NCBI RefSeq assembly: GCF_039654945.1
Contig: NW_027361772.1
Span: 8,122,001 to 8,186,000 of the forward strand
Reading direction: 5' to 3'
Origin: Dendrobates tinctorius
Lineage: Eukaryota
Length of the DNA: 64,000 nt
In this document: positions 35,983 to 51,947 of the stretch, piece after piece
Position numbering within the stretch: the first letter of the stretch is position 1
Layout of the letters: every line of letters begins with the position of its first letter
Program-made: the position numbers and the translations under genes
Notes under the pieces: generated by a model
Database searches by the model: none
Told to the model about the DNA's origin: nothing
Seen by the model: the letters and a program-made list of their open reading frames with translations, nothing else

Positions 35983-37673
35983 CAGGATGGGCCATCTATA
36001 TGGATACACCTAAATAAAATGGGTATGGTTGGTGATATCAACCTCCTGTTTGTGGCACATTAGTATATGGGAGGGGGGAAACTTTTCAAGATGGGTGGTG
36101 ACCATGGTAGCCATTTTGAAGTCGGCCATTTTGGATCAAACTTTATTTTTTCCAATGGGAAGAGGGTCATGTGACCCCTTTAGACTAGCATTTCTTCTGC
36201 TGTGTTGCTATCAGTGTGTCAAGAGTGGAAGAAGAGGCTTGCATTGACAATCCAACACAATGGGCAGCACTTTGAACACACTTTTATAAGTGGTCATAAA
36301 GTTGTAAATAACTCATGAAAGAATATAGTTACGTTAAAACCAAGCGCACCATTGTTTTTCTTGTGAAATTCTCAATAAATTTGATGTGTCACGTGACACA
36401 TCAAATGGACAAGGCAACTGGAATGGACAAGGCAACTGTTAGGTGGATTCATAACTGGCTTAGTGATCGGACCCAAAGAGTGGTCGTAAATGGCTGCACA
36501 TCCAGTTGGAAGAATGTCTCAAGTGGGGTACCACAGGGCTCTGTCCTGGGTCCTGTATTGTTCAACATCTTTATCAACGATTTAGATGAAGGAATTGAGG
36601 GTAAACTGATTAAATTTGCTGATGACAGCTGGAGGGATAGCTAATACTAGAGAAGAGAGAGAGAGGATTCAAAAAGATATAAATAAACTGGAGCAGTGGG
36701 CAGCAACTAACAGAATGGTTTTTAACAGGGAAAAATGCAAAGTACTACATCTGGGCAATAAAAATGAAAAAAGCATATACAGAATGGGAGGAATAGGGCT
36801 AAGCAACAGCACATGTGAAAAAGACTTGGGTATACTAATAGATCACAGACTGAATATGAGTCAACAGTGTGATGCAGCAGCAAAAAAGGCAAATGCAATT
36901 CTAGGATGTATTAACAGAAGCATACAGTCTAGATCACGTGAAGTCATTATTTCCCTCTACTCCTCTTTGGTCAGACCTCATCTGGAATACTGTGTCCAGT
37001 TTTGGGCACCACATTTTAAAAAAGACATCAACAAACTGGAGCAAGTTCAGAAAAGAGCGACCAGAATGGTGACCGGTCTGCAAACCCTGTCTTATGAGGA
37101 AAGGTTGCAGGATTTGGGAATGTTTAGTTTGCAAAAGAGAAGACTGAGAGGAGACTTAATAGCTGTCTACAAATATCTAAAGGGCTGTCACATTGCAGAA
37201 GGATCATCTTTATTCTCATTTGCACAAGGAAAGACTAGAAGCAATGGGATGAAACTGAATGGGAGGAGACACAGATTAGATATTAGAAAAAACTTTTTGA
37301 CAGTTAGAGTGATCAATGAGTGGAACAGGCTGCCACGAGAAGTGGTGAGTTCTCCTTTAATGGAAGTCTTCAAACACAGGCTGGACAGACATCTGACTGG
37401 GATGATTTAGCAAATTCTGCTTTGAGCAGGGGGTTGGACCAGATGGCCCAGGAGGTCCCTTCCAACTCTACGATTCTATGATTCTATGACCCTCTTCCCA
37501 TTGGAAAAAATAAAGTTGGATCCAAAATGGCCGACTTCAAAATGGCCGCCATGGTCACCACCCATCTTGAAAAGTTTCCCTCCTCTCATATACTAATGTG
37601 CCACAAACAGAAAGTTGATATCACCAACCATTCCCATTTTATTTAGGTGTATCCATATAAATGGCCCACCCTG
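35983..37673. mobile_element. Tc1/mariner-type MITE with ~190-bp TIRs, interrupted by a CR1
   Basis: TA|CAGGATGGGCCATCTATATGGATACACC ... GGTGTATCCATATAAATGGCCCACCCTG|TA. Confidence 0.88.
36404..37488 (+). mobile_element. CR1 LINE 3' portion, same young family as 17316-19480
   Basis: [20 protein letters not shown], then a frameshift after KFADD, then FNREKCKVLHLG...EWNRLPREVV; (ATTCTATG)2 tail. Confidence 0.95.
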
Positions 37674-37689
37674 TATAATGTGCATATAA

Positions 37690-38187
37690 GGGTGGTTTCA
37701 CATTAGCGCTTTTTAAGCGCAGGCACGGCCGGGGGTAGCTCCGCCCCCGAGCCGGCTCTCTGCCCGGCGTGCCCGCCCCTTGCTTGTAGCGCCGCCTCCT
37801 AGCGCACAGCGGCGCCTGCGATCGGCGCACCCTATCTTTAGCATAGGGTGCGCAGATCGTGCGCAGGCCGTGCGCTAGTTGCGCTTTGACCTGCGCTGCG
37901 CACTTTTGACGGTGCGCCGTGCGCGCCAAAATCAAACTTTTCGGATTTTGGCGCGCACGGCGCACCGTCAAAAGTGCGCAGCGCAGGTCAAAGCGCAACT
38001 AGCGCACGGCCTGCGCACGATCTGCGCACCCTATGCTAAAGATAGGGTGCGCCGATCGCAGGCGCCGCTGTGCGCTAGGAGGCGGCGCTACAAGCAAGGG
38101 GCGGGCACGCCGGGCAGAGAGCCGGCTCGAGGGCGGAGCTACCCCCGGCCGTACGTGCGCTTAAAAAGCGCTAATGTGAAACCACCC
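37690..38187. mobile_element. Fold-back MITE (Harbinger-like), 498-bp near-perfect palindrome
   Basis: 244-bp arms (37690-37933, 37944-38187) with a 10-nt loop and about 3 mismatches by eye; TAA TSD on both sides. Confidence 0.92.
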
Positions 38188-38948
38188 TAAGTATTCTTTT
38201 TGATGGTATCCATAGATTCTTAAAAAAATAAATAAATAATCAGTTTGAAAATGGCAGTGCCATCTTGGAGGAGGCTTTTTTCTCTAGCAAGATGGCACCG
38301 CCGGATCGCCGACAGCTGCTACTGTGCAGGCATGGCTGACACCACTTTCAAACTGACCTTTTTTTTTTGGTTGGGGGGAATCTTTGGATACCATCAAAAA
38401 GAATACTTAAATACACCTTTTAGATGCGATTATGCTGAAGCGCAGGTGCCACCGCCGGTGCCTGTTTTTTTTTTTTTAAATATATACAGTGGAGGAAATA
38501 AGTATTTGATCCCTTGCTGATTTTTTAAGTTTGCCCACAGACAAAGACATGAACAGTCTATAATTTTAAGGGTAGGTTAATTTTAACATTGAGAGATAGA
38601 ATATCAATAATAAAATCCAGAAAATCACATTGTATAAATTATATAAATTTATTTGCATTTTGCAGTGAGAAATAAGTATTTGATCCCTCTGGCAAACAAG
38701 ACTTAATACTTGGTTGCAAAACCCTTGTTGGCAAGCACAGCAGTCAGACGTTTTTGTAGTTGATGATGAGGTTTGCGCACATGTCAGGAGGAATTTTGCT
38801 CCACTCCTCTTTGCAGATCATCTCTAAATCATTAAGATTTTGAGGCTGTTGCTTGGCAACTCGGAGCTTCAACTCCCTCCATAAGTTTTCTATGGGATTA
38901 AGGTCTGGAGACTGGTTAGGCCACTCCATGACCTTAATGTGCGCCTTG

Positions 38949-41939
<2,991 letters not shown>

Positions 41940-42639
41940 CTACACATGTGCCTTCTTGAGCAGGGGGATCTTGCAGGCCCTGCAGGATTTTAAACCTTTA
42001 CGGCATGAAGTGAAACCAATGGGTTTCTTGGTGACTGTGATCCTAGCTGCCTTGAGATCATAAATAAGTTCCACCAATGTAGTTTTAGGCTGATCTCTCA
42101 CCTTTCTCATGATCAAAGATACCCCATGAGGTGAGATTTTGTATGGTGCCCCAGACCGATGTCGACTGGCAGTCATTTTGTATTTCTTCCATTTTCTTAC
42201 TATTGCACCAACAGTTGTCTCCTTCTCGCCCAGCGTCTTACTTATGGTTTTGTAAACCATTCCAGCTTTGTGCAGGTCTGTGATCTTGTCCCTGACATCC
42301 TTATAAAGCTCTTTGGTCTTGCCCATGTTGTAAATGTTAGAGTCTGACTGATTAATTGAGTCTGTGGACAGGAGTCTTTTATAAAGGTGACTACATAAGA
42401 AAGCTGTCTTTAATGCAGGAAATGAGTTGATTAGGAGCGTGTAACTTTTCTGTAGGAGCCAGAACTCTTAATGGTTGGTAGGGGATCAACTACTTATTTC
42501 TCACTGCAAAATGCAAATAAATGTATAGAATTTGAACGGTGTGATTTTCAGGATTTTATTTTTGATATTCTATCTCTCAATGTTAAAATTAACCTACCCT
42601 TAAAATTATAGACTGATCATGTCTTTGTCTGTGAGCAAT

Positions 42640-45056
42640 CAAACAAACAAGGCAGCACTGTGCAGCGCTATAGCATGCAAACATGAAACATGAAAATTGA
42701 ATTGCATTACTGTACTAGAAATATGAAAAATTAAGAATGCTTAGTGCCTAAATTGGCCAATTCATGTGTACCTGGTAGCCATGGTAAGGCGATTCTCGTA
42801 TACCAGGACCTAACAATGCCAATCCTCTCAGTCTACAACTCTATGGGAACCTAATGTGAATTCGCTCCTAGACTAAACTCTAATATCTTCGTGGAGGGGT
42901 AGTGATCCTGCTGTAATTAAAAACGCCTGAGGATCACTACCCCTCCATGAAGATATTAGACTTTAGTCTAGGAGAGAATTCATATTAGGTTCCCATACAG
43001 TGCCGGACTGGAGCACCTTGGGCCCACCAGAGAAAATCATTCTTTGGGCCCACTATGTAGCTACATAGAAATAAATACAAAACCACCAATTGTGCGGTAA
43101 AATGCGCTAATATCAGGGTATAATATAAGGTAGTACACGTCTTAATTATGTAGCAGGGGTTTGGGTAGCCCTCCTCATAGAATATAAAGTAGCCAACTCA
43201 TAGAATATAAAGTAGCCACTTCATAGGGTACAATGCAGCCTCCTCATAGTATATAGAGTAGCCCCCTCATATAGTATAATGTAGCCCCCTCACAGAATAT
43301 AATGCAGACCTCATATAGTATAATATAGCCCTCCTCATAGAATATAATGTAGCTCCCATAGAATATAATGCAACCAACATCATAGAGTATAATGCAGTCC
43401 CCCATAGGATATAATGTAGCCCCCATAGAGTATAATGCTACTCCTTCATAAGGTATAATGCAGCCCCCCCCATAGAATATAATGCAGTCCCCTCATAGGG
43501 CATAATGCAGCCCCCCCATAGGGTATAAAGTAGCCCTCTCATAAGGTATAATGCAGCCTCCTTCATATGGTATAATACAGCCCTCCCAAAGAATATAATG
43601 AAGCCCCCTCAGAATATAATGCAGCCCCCCCTCATAGGGTATCATACTGCTCTCTCATGGAGTATCATGCTGGCCCCCTCATGGGGTATCATGCTGCCCC
43701 CCTTATATGGGGCATCATGCTGCCCCCTCATGCGGGGTATCATACTGCCCCCTCATACAGGTGTCATGCTGCCCTTCTCATATGGTGTATCATGCTGCTC
43801 TCTCATATGGGGTATCAGGCTGCCCCCCTCACATGGGGTATCATGCTGCCCCCTCATACGGGTATCATGCTGCCCCCTCATATGGGTATCATGCTGCCCC
43901 TCCTCATATGGGGTATCATGCAACCAGGACTCACTATATAAAAAAAATCCACTATACTCACCTCTCCTGCTTGCTCCCACGCTAATTCCGGCGGCTCTGC
44001 TCCGATGTCAGGAGCTGCGGTGCAGTCAGCCCGACACACAGCGGGGACGCGGTGAAGTGATGTCATCGTGCACCCGCTGTGTGTCAGAGGAAGAGGGGAA
44101 TGATGGGAGTCGGAGCGTCATGTGACGCTCTCTCTTTCATTACTACGGCGCGTACTTGGGGGCCACGCTGACTCCGGGTCCCCCTGTCTTTCGGCCCCAT
44201 AGTGGCCGTGTGGGTTGGGGGCCCCTGGAGGGAGTGGACGGAGCAGGGGCCCTGGTCTGCAGGCCCTTATAACGGGCAGTGCTAGCCACAGCCTGCGGCA
44301 AACACTGCCCGCTTAATATTCACTCCTCTCCACACCCATGGGGGCGTGGGGAAGCGTGAATATTCATTTCACTTTAGCAGCAGGAACAGGCTTTGGCTTC
44401 CTGTCACCCGCTGCTGCTCTGCTGGCACTGGGGGCCCCCATATCAGCTGCGTGGTGTGCCGCTATTAGCGACACACCACTGGCTGAGGGCCCCAGGAGCA
44501 GCAGGGGCCCTAGGCAGCTGGCCCTATATTCCAGCAGGTGTCAGTGTCTGGGCCCACCGGAGAATCCTCTGGTTCTCCAGTGGCCCAGTCCAACATTGTT
44601 CCCATAGATTTGTAGACTGTCTGAGAGAGGATTGGCATTAGATCCTTGTATTCAAAAATCGCCTTACCGTGGCTACCAGGTGCACATGAATTGGCCCATT
44701 TATGTGCTAAGCATTCTCAATTTTTCATATTTCTAGTGAAGTAATGCAATTCAATTTTCATGTTTCATGTTTGCATGCTATAGCACTGCAGAGTGCTGCC
44801 TTATTGATTGTATATGAGTTGGCGACTCTAGGTAGGCACCTGTTCCCATCTAGTTCATGTTTGGATGTGATGGTCAGTTTTTTGATTTGTATGCATTGAG
44901 CTTCTGACTGAGCACTCCGCCCCTTAGCCTCAGGCATTTTTAATTACAGCAGGATCCTACTCCTCCATGAAGATATTAGCCTTTAGTCTAGGAGAGAATT
45001 CACATTAGGTTCCCATAGAGTTGTAGACTGTATAAGAGAGGATTGGCATTGTTAGG
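42640..45056. repeat. Inverted plus partial-tandem ~410-bp repeat unit (Penelope-like arrangement), interrupted by a hAT element
   Basis: 42641-42909 is the reverse complement of 42930-42997 + 44607-44810; 44950-45056 directly repeats the start of the right copy. Confidence 0.55.
42998..44598. mobile_element. hAT non-autonomous element with minisatellites
   Basis: TIRs CAGTGCCGGACTGG / CCAGTCCAACATTG; 8-bp TSD TTCCCATA (42990-42997, 44599-44606). Confidence 0.92.
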
Positions 45057-45059
45057 CCT

Positions 45060-48000
45060 CTGTGCGTTGCATATAGACAGCTGCATTACATTTGACATAG
45101 TCGACAGGATGCAACATTCAGACACAGAGATGGCGGACTAGTCCGTGGCTGAGCCCGCCTGGGGACATATATTGCTAAGCAATCTTCCCAAGTTCACGGG
45201 AGCAGCGTATCGCTCTGGGACTGGGTAGAAAGGCTGAAAAGCATGCTGCGCATGTATCCCCTGATCCCTTCCACTCAGGCCAAGTTAGCCCTCCTGACCC
45301 TTCATGGGGAGGCCCAGCAAACGGTTATGTATCACCCACTTAAAGACTGTGATACTGGTAAAAATCCTAAAGGACATGCATGGGGATACCACGAACCTAC
45401 GATGCCTGCACATGCGGTTATTCCAGAGGGACCAAAGGGAAAGTGAGACCATGTTAATGCATTGCAGGAAGTGACGGCCCAAATCACAAAGAAGACCCAA
45501 GATGGGGACAGAGGACTAGGTCCATTGGATGAAGTGCTGCAATATCAACTTGTTGCTGGACTGAGAGATTCCTCCCTGAGGCAGATCTTAAAGGAGCGAT
45601 TACGCTTGAATCCTGATCTTGGCTTTGTTGAGGTCAGGGCCAAAGCTAGAGTCCTAGAAAGAGAGACCCCTGTCCTGACCGGCACGTTCTGGAGTCATGA
45701 AGGTCACCCCTGAGTCAATCCATTCTGAGCCCGACTGGGTGCGGGAAATATGTCAAAAGATTCGAGTTGAGCTGTGCAGTATCAAGGAGACCCCTGCCAA
45801 CATCCCTCCAGCCGATCACACGGCTCCACGTGAAAGGAGGTCAAAGAGGGAAAGTCTTTTCTCTCAAGCCCCACCACATTGTGCACGTAGCTCATCAGCA
45901 GAACATGAGCCAGAGTTTCGGACCTGTGGTGGAAGGGAGCATATCTCAAGAGACTGTATTAGTTGAGAAAGGAGTCGATGGAGATGCCCATTAAACTAGC
46001 GTGTCCCATGGTCGTGGAGCACACAGTGGAGTTTTGCGCCTCATATTGTTTCTGAGAGACCCATTATCTAGGCTGAATTAAATGGGCAGTGCATCTGCTG
46101 TTTAATGGTCCCAGGTGACTACTATACCAGCGTATTTACAGAGTCACTTGGTCAAGGTTGATTGCTCTAGAAAAGAACACACCATCCGACTGTTGCCGGT
46201 ACATCAACTACCTGCCCCAGTAGTGGAAGTAGTGTGGATGTTTGTCCGGGTGTGTGGAAAAAACATGAGTTGACAGGGAATAGTGTTGACCAAGTTGTTC
46301 GGAGGAGGAAGACCCATTGTAAGCCTGGGCATGAATGTGCCAAAAGAAGTAGGACAATTATTGGCTGAGGGCCCGGATAAAAACAACTGGACCTGCGCTA
46401 CTCATGATCCGGCCAGTATGAAGGTGTTTCAGCAACTCGTGTGAGTCAACCAAATTCAGAAGTTACCCGCTGCTTCCCAGCATCTTTGCAAACTGTTGAT
46501 ACCGCCCAAAGCTACCGTGAAGTTGCCACTGGGACAGACTGTACTCGATACGATACTAGCCTATGTGTCCTAGGAGGGCTTGGACATACAGATTGAGCCG
46601 ATCGATGGAAAGGAAATAATCTTGGTTGCCCACACTCCGGCTACAGTGCGGCCAGAACGCATACCTGTGCAATGTATAAAGTTGAGTGGAGCAAGTTTAC
46701 AGTTGACACCCCGTCAAGAAGTGGCCCGAGTTTGCATAATGCTGGAACATCTCACCAGAGCTAACACTTTAGGACTGACACTTGTGGGAGGAGATCCATG
46801 GACCTTGGCGGTGTCGCTCGATAGTCATGAAGACAGAAGTGAACCCCTGGCTGCGCATCAGTGTGATTCACGAAAGCCCCCATTGTGTTATTTGGCTGCG
46901 AAGGATTGCCCGAAAACAGCCTTTTTTCTCTCTATGGGTCTGTTCGAATTCAACCGGATGCCATTCAACATGTAGAACACTCCAGGAACATTCTAGCATT
47001 TGATGGAAAGATGGTTGTGAGATCTGAATTTCAAAACCACTTTGATATACCTGGACAACATAATCATTTATTCCGCCACATTTGAAGATCACCTTAACCG
47101 GCTGGAGCAAGTGTTGGAGCGGCTTCAAGGACACAGATTAAAATTTAAGCCAAGTAAGCGTCACCTACTCAATTGGGAAATTGAGTACCTGTGTTTAGTG
47201 CAGTAGTTTACCCCACCGCAGAGAAGCTGTCTGTAGTGCAAAAGTGGCCCAAGCCGTCAAACCTGAGGGAATTGAGAGCATTCCTAGGGCTAGCTAGATA
47301 CTACCGCAGGTTCATAAATGACTTCGCCAAGATTGAGGTACCACTCAACGAGCTGTTGCAGGGGACAGCCAGAGGAGCCAAACGTCAGCCAATCCAGTGG
47401 GGCCCACAACAAGAGGAGGCATTCCAGGCACTGAAGATGACGCTGACCGATGCCCCAGTCTTGTCCTACACTGACTTCTCTCAGCCCTTCGTACTGTACA
47501 CCGATGGGAGTCAGTACGGACTAGGGGCAGTATTGGATCAGGTACAAGAAGGAAGAGAGAGAGTTATCGCGTATGCCAGTAGTTTACTGAGAGGCACAGA
47601 ATAGAATCCAGACAATTACAGTTCATTCAAACAGGAGTTGCTGGCACTTGTATGGGCCATGACAAAGAAATTTGCAGAGTACTTGTCAGTGTCAGAAATA
47701 CATGTGTGGATGGACAACCCCCTGGCCCACTTGGAGAATGTAAAGCTTGGCGCACTAGAACAGCAGTAGTTTGCGAGTATGTCCAAATATCAGTATAGTA
47801 CTTATCGTTCCAAGGACCAAAACAATCATGCAAATTCTCTTCCCGAGTCACCCAGGCCGGACCAAAGAAAAATATAGCACACTTTTTCCTTCCACTCAAC
47901 TGTCCATTAATATGCTTGGATCCAGCACTCTGTGACCAGCCGGCTTCTTTAGCAATGACCTTTTGTGGCTTACCCTCCTTGTGGAGTGTGTCAATAACTG

Positions 48001-50665
48001 CCTTCTGGACATTTGTCAAGTCAGTAGTCTTCCCCATGATTGTGGAGCCTACTGAAACAGACTAAGGGACCTTTTTAAACACATAGGAAGCCTTTGCAGG
48101 TGGTTTTTGTTAATGATTCTAATTTACTGAGATAATGACTTTTGGATTTTCATTGGCTGTAAGCCACAATCATCAACATAAACAGAAATAAAGACTTGAA
48201 ATAGATCACTCTGTTTGTAATAATTCTATATATGAGTTTCACTTTTTGTATTGAAGAACTGAAATAAATACAATTTTTGATGATATTCTAATTTAGTGAG
48301 AAGCACTTGTAGATGAAGAACTTGAAGGTGACAAGATTCTGAATTTTAGACAGTTTGCCATGGCTGTAGTAACTTCCCAGGAGTTCAGAGAAGAGTCCAG
48401 ACCCACCCAGATCCTGGTTCGTTCTAGGGACGAAAGGATTCACCTTGCAACAGGCCTATCCGGAGCTGGGAAAGCTGAGGAAATGGGTCGCTCTGGTACA
48501 AAGGCCCGATCAGAAGGCTAGGACCGCTTTACACCAAAGTGCCCTACATATTTTGGGTCAGTGAGAAAGGCTCTTCCTCAAAGATGGCCTGCTTTGTCGA
48601 AGGATTCAACTTCCTTGAGAGTATGATGTCACTTGGCAGGCAGTCTTCCCAGAAGCACTGGTCGTACTGCTGGCTAAAGAAGCCAATGAGACTGGTGCCC
48701 ACTTCGAACAAACCCCAGGAACAGAGAGCTCCCACTCAGGCTATCCAAACATCAGCGCCCTTGGAGGTCCTGATGATCGACTATCTGATGATTGGAACTT
48801 CACACAACGGTTATGGGTACTGTTTGGTAATGACCGATCACTTCACCAAGTTTGAGGTGGTGACCCCCACTTGGGATCAGACAGCCAAAGCTGCAGCCAG
48901 AGCCAACTATCAGAACTTCAACCTCATATATTGGTGCCCAAAGCGAATTTAATGCGACCAAGAGGCCTGCTTCAGGGGCGAGTGATGGACGAGCTGTATC
49001 ACATTTACAGAATTGAAAAGTTTCGAACTACGCCATATCAAGGGAGCTGGGACTGTGAATGCTTCAACTGGATCCTGTTACAAATGTTGCAAATTCTGGA
49101 GGAGGACAAGAAGATGAGGTAGCCTGAATTTGTATTCCAGTTGGTGTGGATTTACAACAACAGAGTCCATACAACTACCAGCAACATTCCTTACATGCCA
49201 CTGTTTGAGTGAAGCGGATGATAAATCACTGAACTGAAACTAGATTCAGAGAACCCGTGTCTGGTTCCGAGAGCACCAGCAGTGACTTCAGATGGTAAGG
49301 AAGATGGTTGTACAGAAGTTTCAGGAAGTGGAACATTCAAGTTGATCCCCGATGTCAGGTGGACAACTTTAGCCAGGAGACCGTGTGTTAGTGAGGGCCA
49401 AGCGACCCGGGAACAAGGTGGATCACCATTGGGAGGGTTGCTTTATTGAGTAGTGAGGAAGTTCCACCCAAATAACTCCGTTTATCAGGTCAGACCTGAG
49501 GGAGATGACGCCGTGGTACCTTGGGTACTACATTGGAATATGCTGCGAACCTGCTCTTTTGAAGCAGAAGACCGTGCCGAAGCCGAGCCCCCAAGTAAAG
49601 TGGCCAAGGTCCCACAAAGGGGAATCTTAGAGGAAGAGGAAGAATTGTTTGTAGGAATGATGAGTTCACCGGAGATGCCAGTGCCGCACTCGAATGGGAC
49701 AAAAAACTAACCAGGATTCGACTTACAACTTCTGGTGGCTGAGTCTCCAAGTACCCCAGAAGCACCTCTACAGGAAGAGTTCAAGAGAACCAATGCCGGG
49801 ATTCCGCTTAACTGGTATGCTCAGGATGAATTTGTCTGGTCCCAGATACAATAGAAAACTAAGGAATGCGCTCAATTCTTTGCTGAACTCGGGCTACCTT
49901 TGAACTTTGTCAGGCGAAATAAAGCGGAACTAAATTGTGCTAGAAGATTTGCAAAGGGAGCAACTTCGTACGCTGGACCTGATCAGGAAGGACTTCCTTG
50001 TTATAAAACCCTGTAGTCTAACCGCAACCAGATTTGGCACCAGAGAAGAGAGTGGAGCAGGTGTGCTCTAGGGATGTCGCTGAGGCCAGCGTAACAGGTC
50101 TCAAAGGAAAGTCTACACCAGCAAGGTGTTGGCCATCACCTGACAAGGCCAAGATTCCGCACATGAGGACTCCGAGGTCCGCCTGCGCAGGTTGGGGCCA
50201 TGATTAGTGCTCCACACCAGTAAAACTCAAGAGACCAGACATTGTCTATCAAGAGCAGATGCCTAGCCCACTCCACTCTAACCCTAAGAGACGTCTGTTG
50301 GCGGTAAAGCCGAGAAGATCCGTGAGGAGACTGCAACAGGCGAGATGTGCCTGTGACTGCTGAAGAAGAGTGTGTGTGAGCAGAGCCGTCACTTCCATCT
50401 ATCCTTCACTTTACTGGGGTCAGCTGGGATTAGGGTCTGAGGTTGGGAGGGTACAAGTTGGTGCGTTGGAGACTCAGCGGGCTTTGATAGAGTACGTCAA
50501 AGTGAGACTTGCGGCCTAGCAGGAAAACCCTTGGCCAGATTTACAGAAAGAGAACTTACGTGGTGGCTCCCACGGCTGGGCGCACCCCCATTGTGAACAG
50601 AACATTAACGTTAGATAAAGACTTCCTTTGCCTTTTCAACTTTATTGTTACCTTTGTTAATCTGC
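45060..50665 (+). mobile_element. Heavily decayed Ty3/Gypsy element (gag, RT, RNase H and integrase relics)
   Basis: KTAFF..GLFEFNRMPF, YLDNIIIY, LRAFLGLARYYRRFI, FVLYTDGS..GLGAVL..ERVIAYAS, PLEVLMIDYL..VMTDHFTKF; degenerate Ser PBS TGACATAGTCGACAGGAT at 45093-45110; ends approximate. Confidence 0.88.
47865..48309 (-). mobile_element. Tc1 5' fragment inserted in the Gypsy
   Basis: MGKTTDLTNVQKAVIDTLHKEGKPQKVIAKEAG paired-like HTH; terminus ...GAAGCACTTG|TA. Confidence 0.85.
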
Positions 50666-50675
50666 CTAGTACTAA

Positions 50676-51122
50676 AGCTCCGTCTCACATAGTGAGATCG
50701 CTAGCGAGATCGCTGAAACGTCACCGATTTTGTGATGCAACAGGGATCTCGCCAGCGATCTCGCTACATGTGACACGCAGCGGCGACCGGCCGCCCGCTG
50801 GATATCGCTGATCGTGCTCGAATGTCCTGGGCCATTTTTTCATCGTCGGTGTCCCGCTGGCCAGCATGCATCACTGTGTTTGACCCGATGAGCGACCTCA
50901 TTGGCAACGCAGAACTCAAGGATGCAGACTGGAATCGTTCAGAAAAGCTGCTGTGTGACAAGGTACCAACGACTGCCAAGGATTGCTGGATGGTTGCTGC
51001 GTCGCTTAAGAGATCTGCCTGTTTGGCAGCTTACTAGCGACCATTTAGCGATGCACCAGCGATCCTTACCAGGTCGTATTGTTGTCGGGATCGCTGGTGC
51101 GTCGCTAAGTGAAACAGGTCCC
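50676..51122. mobile_element. Harbinger-like MITE
   Basis: TAA flanks; internal similarity to 23194-23543 (GAGATCTGCCTGTTTGGCAGC...GGGATCGCTGGTGC). Confidence 0.75.
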
Positions 51123-51254
51123 TAACACAGAAAAAACAGACACACGTGTGAACTTGGAAACATAACTCTTCTTTACTGAAGGAAATAACAGGTTATTATA
51201 GTCCACAGCGTAGGATACATTTAGTATTTTGCACATGAAAGATGGTTTCATTAC

Positions 51255-51441
51255 CTTGTGAAGTGGCAGGTTTGGGGCTTCTCAGGCCGTCTAATCTGCA
51301 GTTCACTTCACTTGCTATTGGAGGAATTGTTACAGGAAAGCACAGCCCAGGTAATGCTTCACTGAAGACGGGACCTTCATGGGTTGGCTCCGCGTGGCAA
51401 CACACTAGCAGTATGATTTTAGGTTCTACAGTTCCCTCTTG
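51255..51441 (-). CDS. Candidate internal exon of an unidentified host gene
   Basis: Acceptor tacttttcctgcag|, donor AAG|gtaatg; 187 nt with only one open frame (QEGTVEPKIILLVCCHAEP...PKPATSQ); non-repetitive context; no homologue recognised. Confidence 0.4.
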
Positions 51442-51747
51442 CTGCAGGAAAAGTATACAAAGTTTGTGGCATGACAGACACGTTGCACTGATTCTGTCTG
51501 GAGGCGCATAAAGAAACTAGTATGCAGAAAAGCACTTGTTCAGCCTTATCTCCCCTGACTTCATGAGGCTTCACTAATTTGTGAAGGTGACTATGTGAAA
51601 AAAGATGTCCCCTCAGCGTGAACTGGAATTAGATTCCGGTACTGAACTAGTTTGTACCAGCTTATAGGAAATTTGTACTGGGAGACTCCTCCCAGCCATT
51701 TCTTTGGTAGCTTGTGAGGAGACTGGATACCTAACTTTCATACTCAT

Positions 51748-51916
51748 TAGTGATGAGCGAACGTGCTTGGAAAAGTTGCTATCGGAACATTCTCTGATGC
51801 TAACTGAGTGTCTTCGGTTAGCACCATGCGTGATATGCAGCCATGGGGACTTGAACAAATTTTTTGAGCACACCATAGACACACGGTTAGCACCTGTGCA
51901 TGCTTGCACTTCACTA
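51748..51916. mobile_element. hAT MITE
   Basis: TAGTGATGAGC...GCACTTCACTA termini; 8-bp TSD ATACTCAT (51740-51747, 51917-51924). Confidence 0.88.
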
Positions 51917-51928
51917 ATACTCATACAT

Positions 51929-51947
51929 CAGCCAGTAGATGGCGGCA
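51929..51947 (+). promoter_or_regulatory. CTCF consensus motif
   Basis: CAGCCAGTAGATGGCGGCA fits CCASYAGRKGGCR. Confidence 0.45.

Larger units (their letters stand above)
35624..38486. mobile_element. Kolobok/T2-like palindromic non-autonomous element, left and central part; host of several insertions
   Basis: TTAA|AAGGAACTTGTCA left end; CACCGGCGGTCGCACCTGC (35943) is mirrored by GCAGGTGCCACCGCCGGTG (38442); right end not seen. Confidence 0.55.

Noticed and set aside
37639-38190. Twin near-identical ORFs on opposite strands
   Set aside because: A direct consequence of the palindromic MITE.
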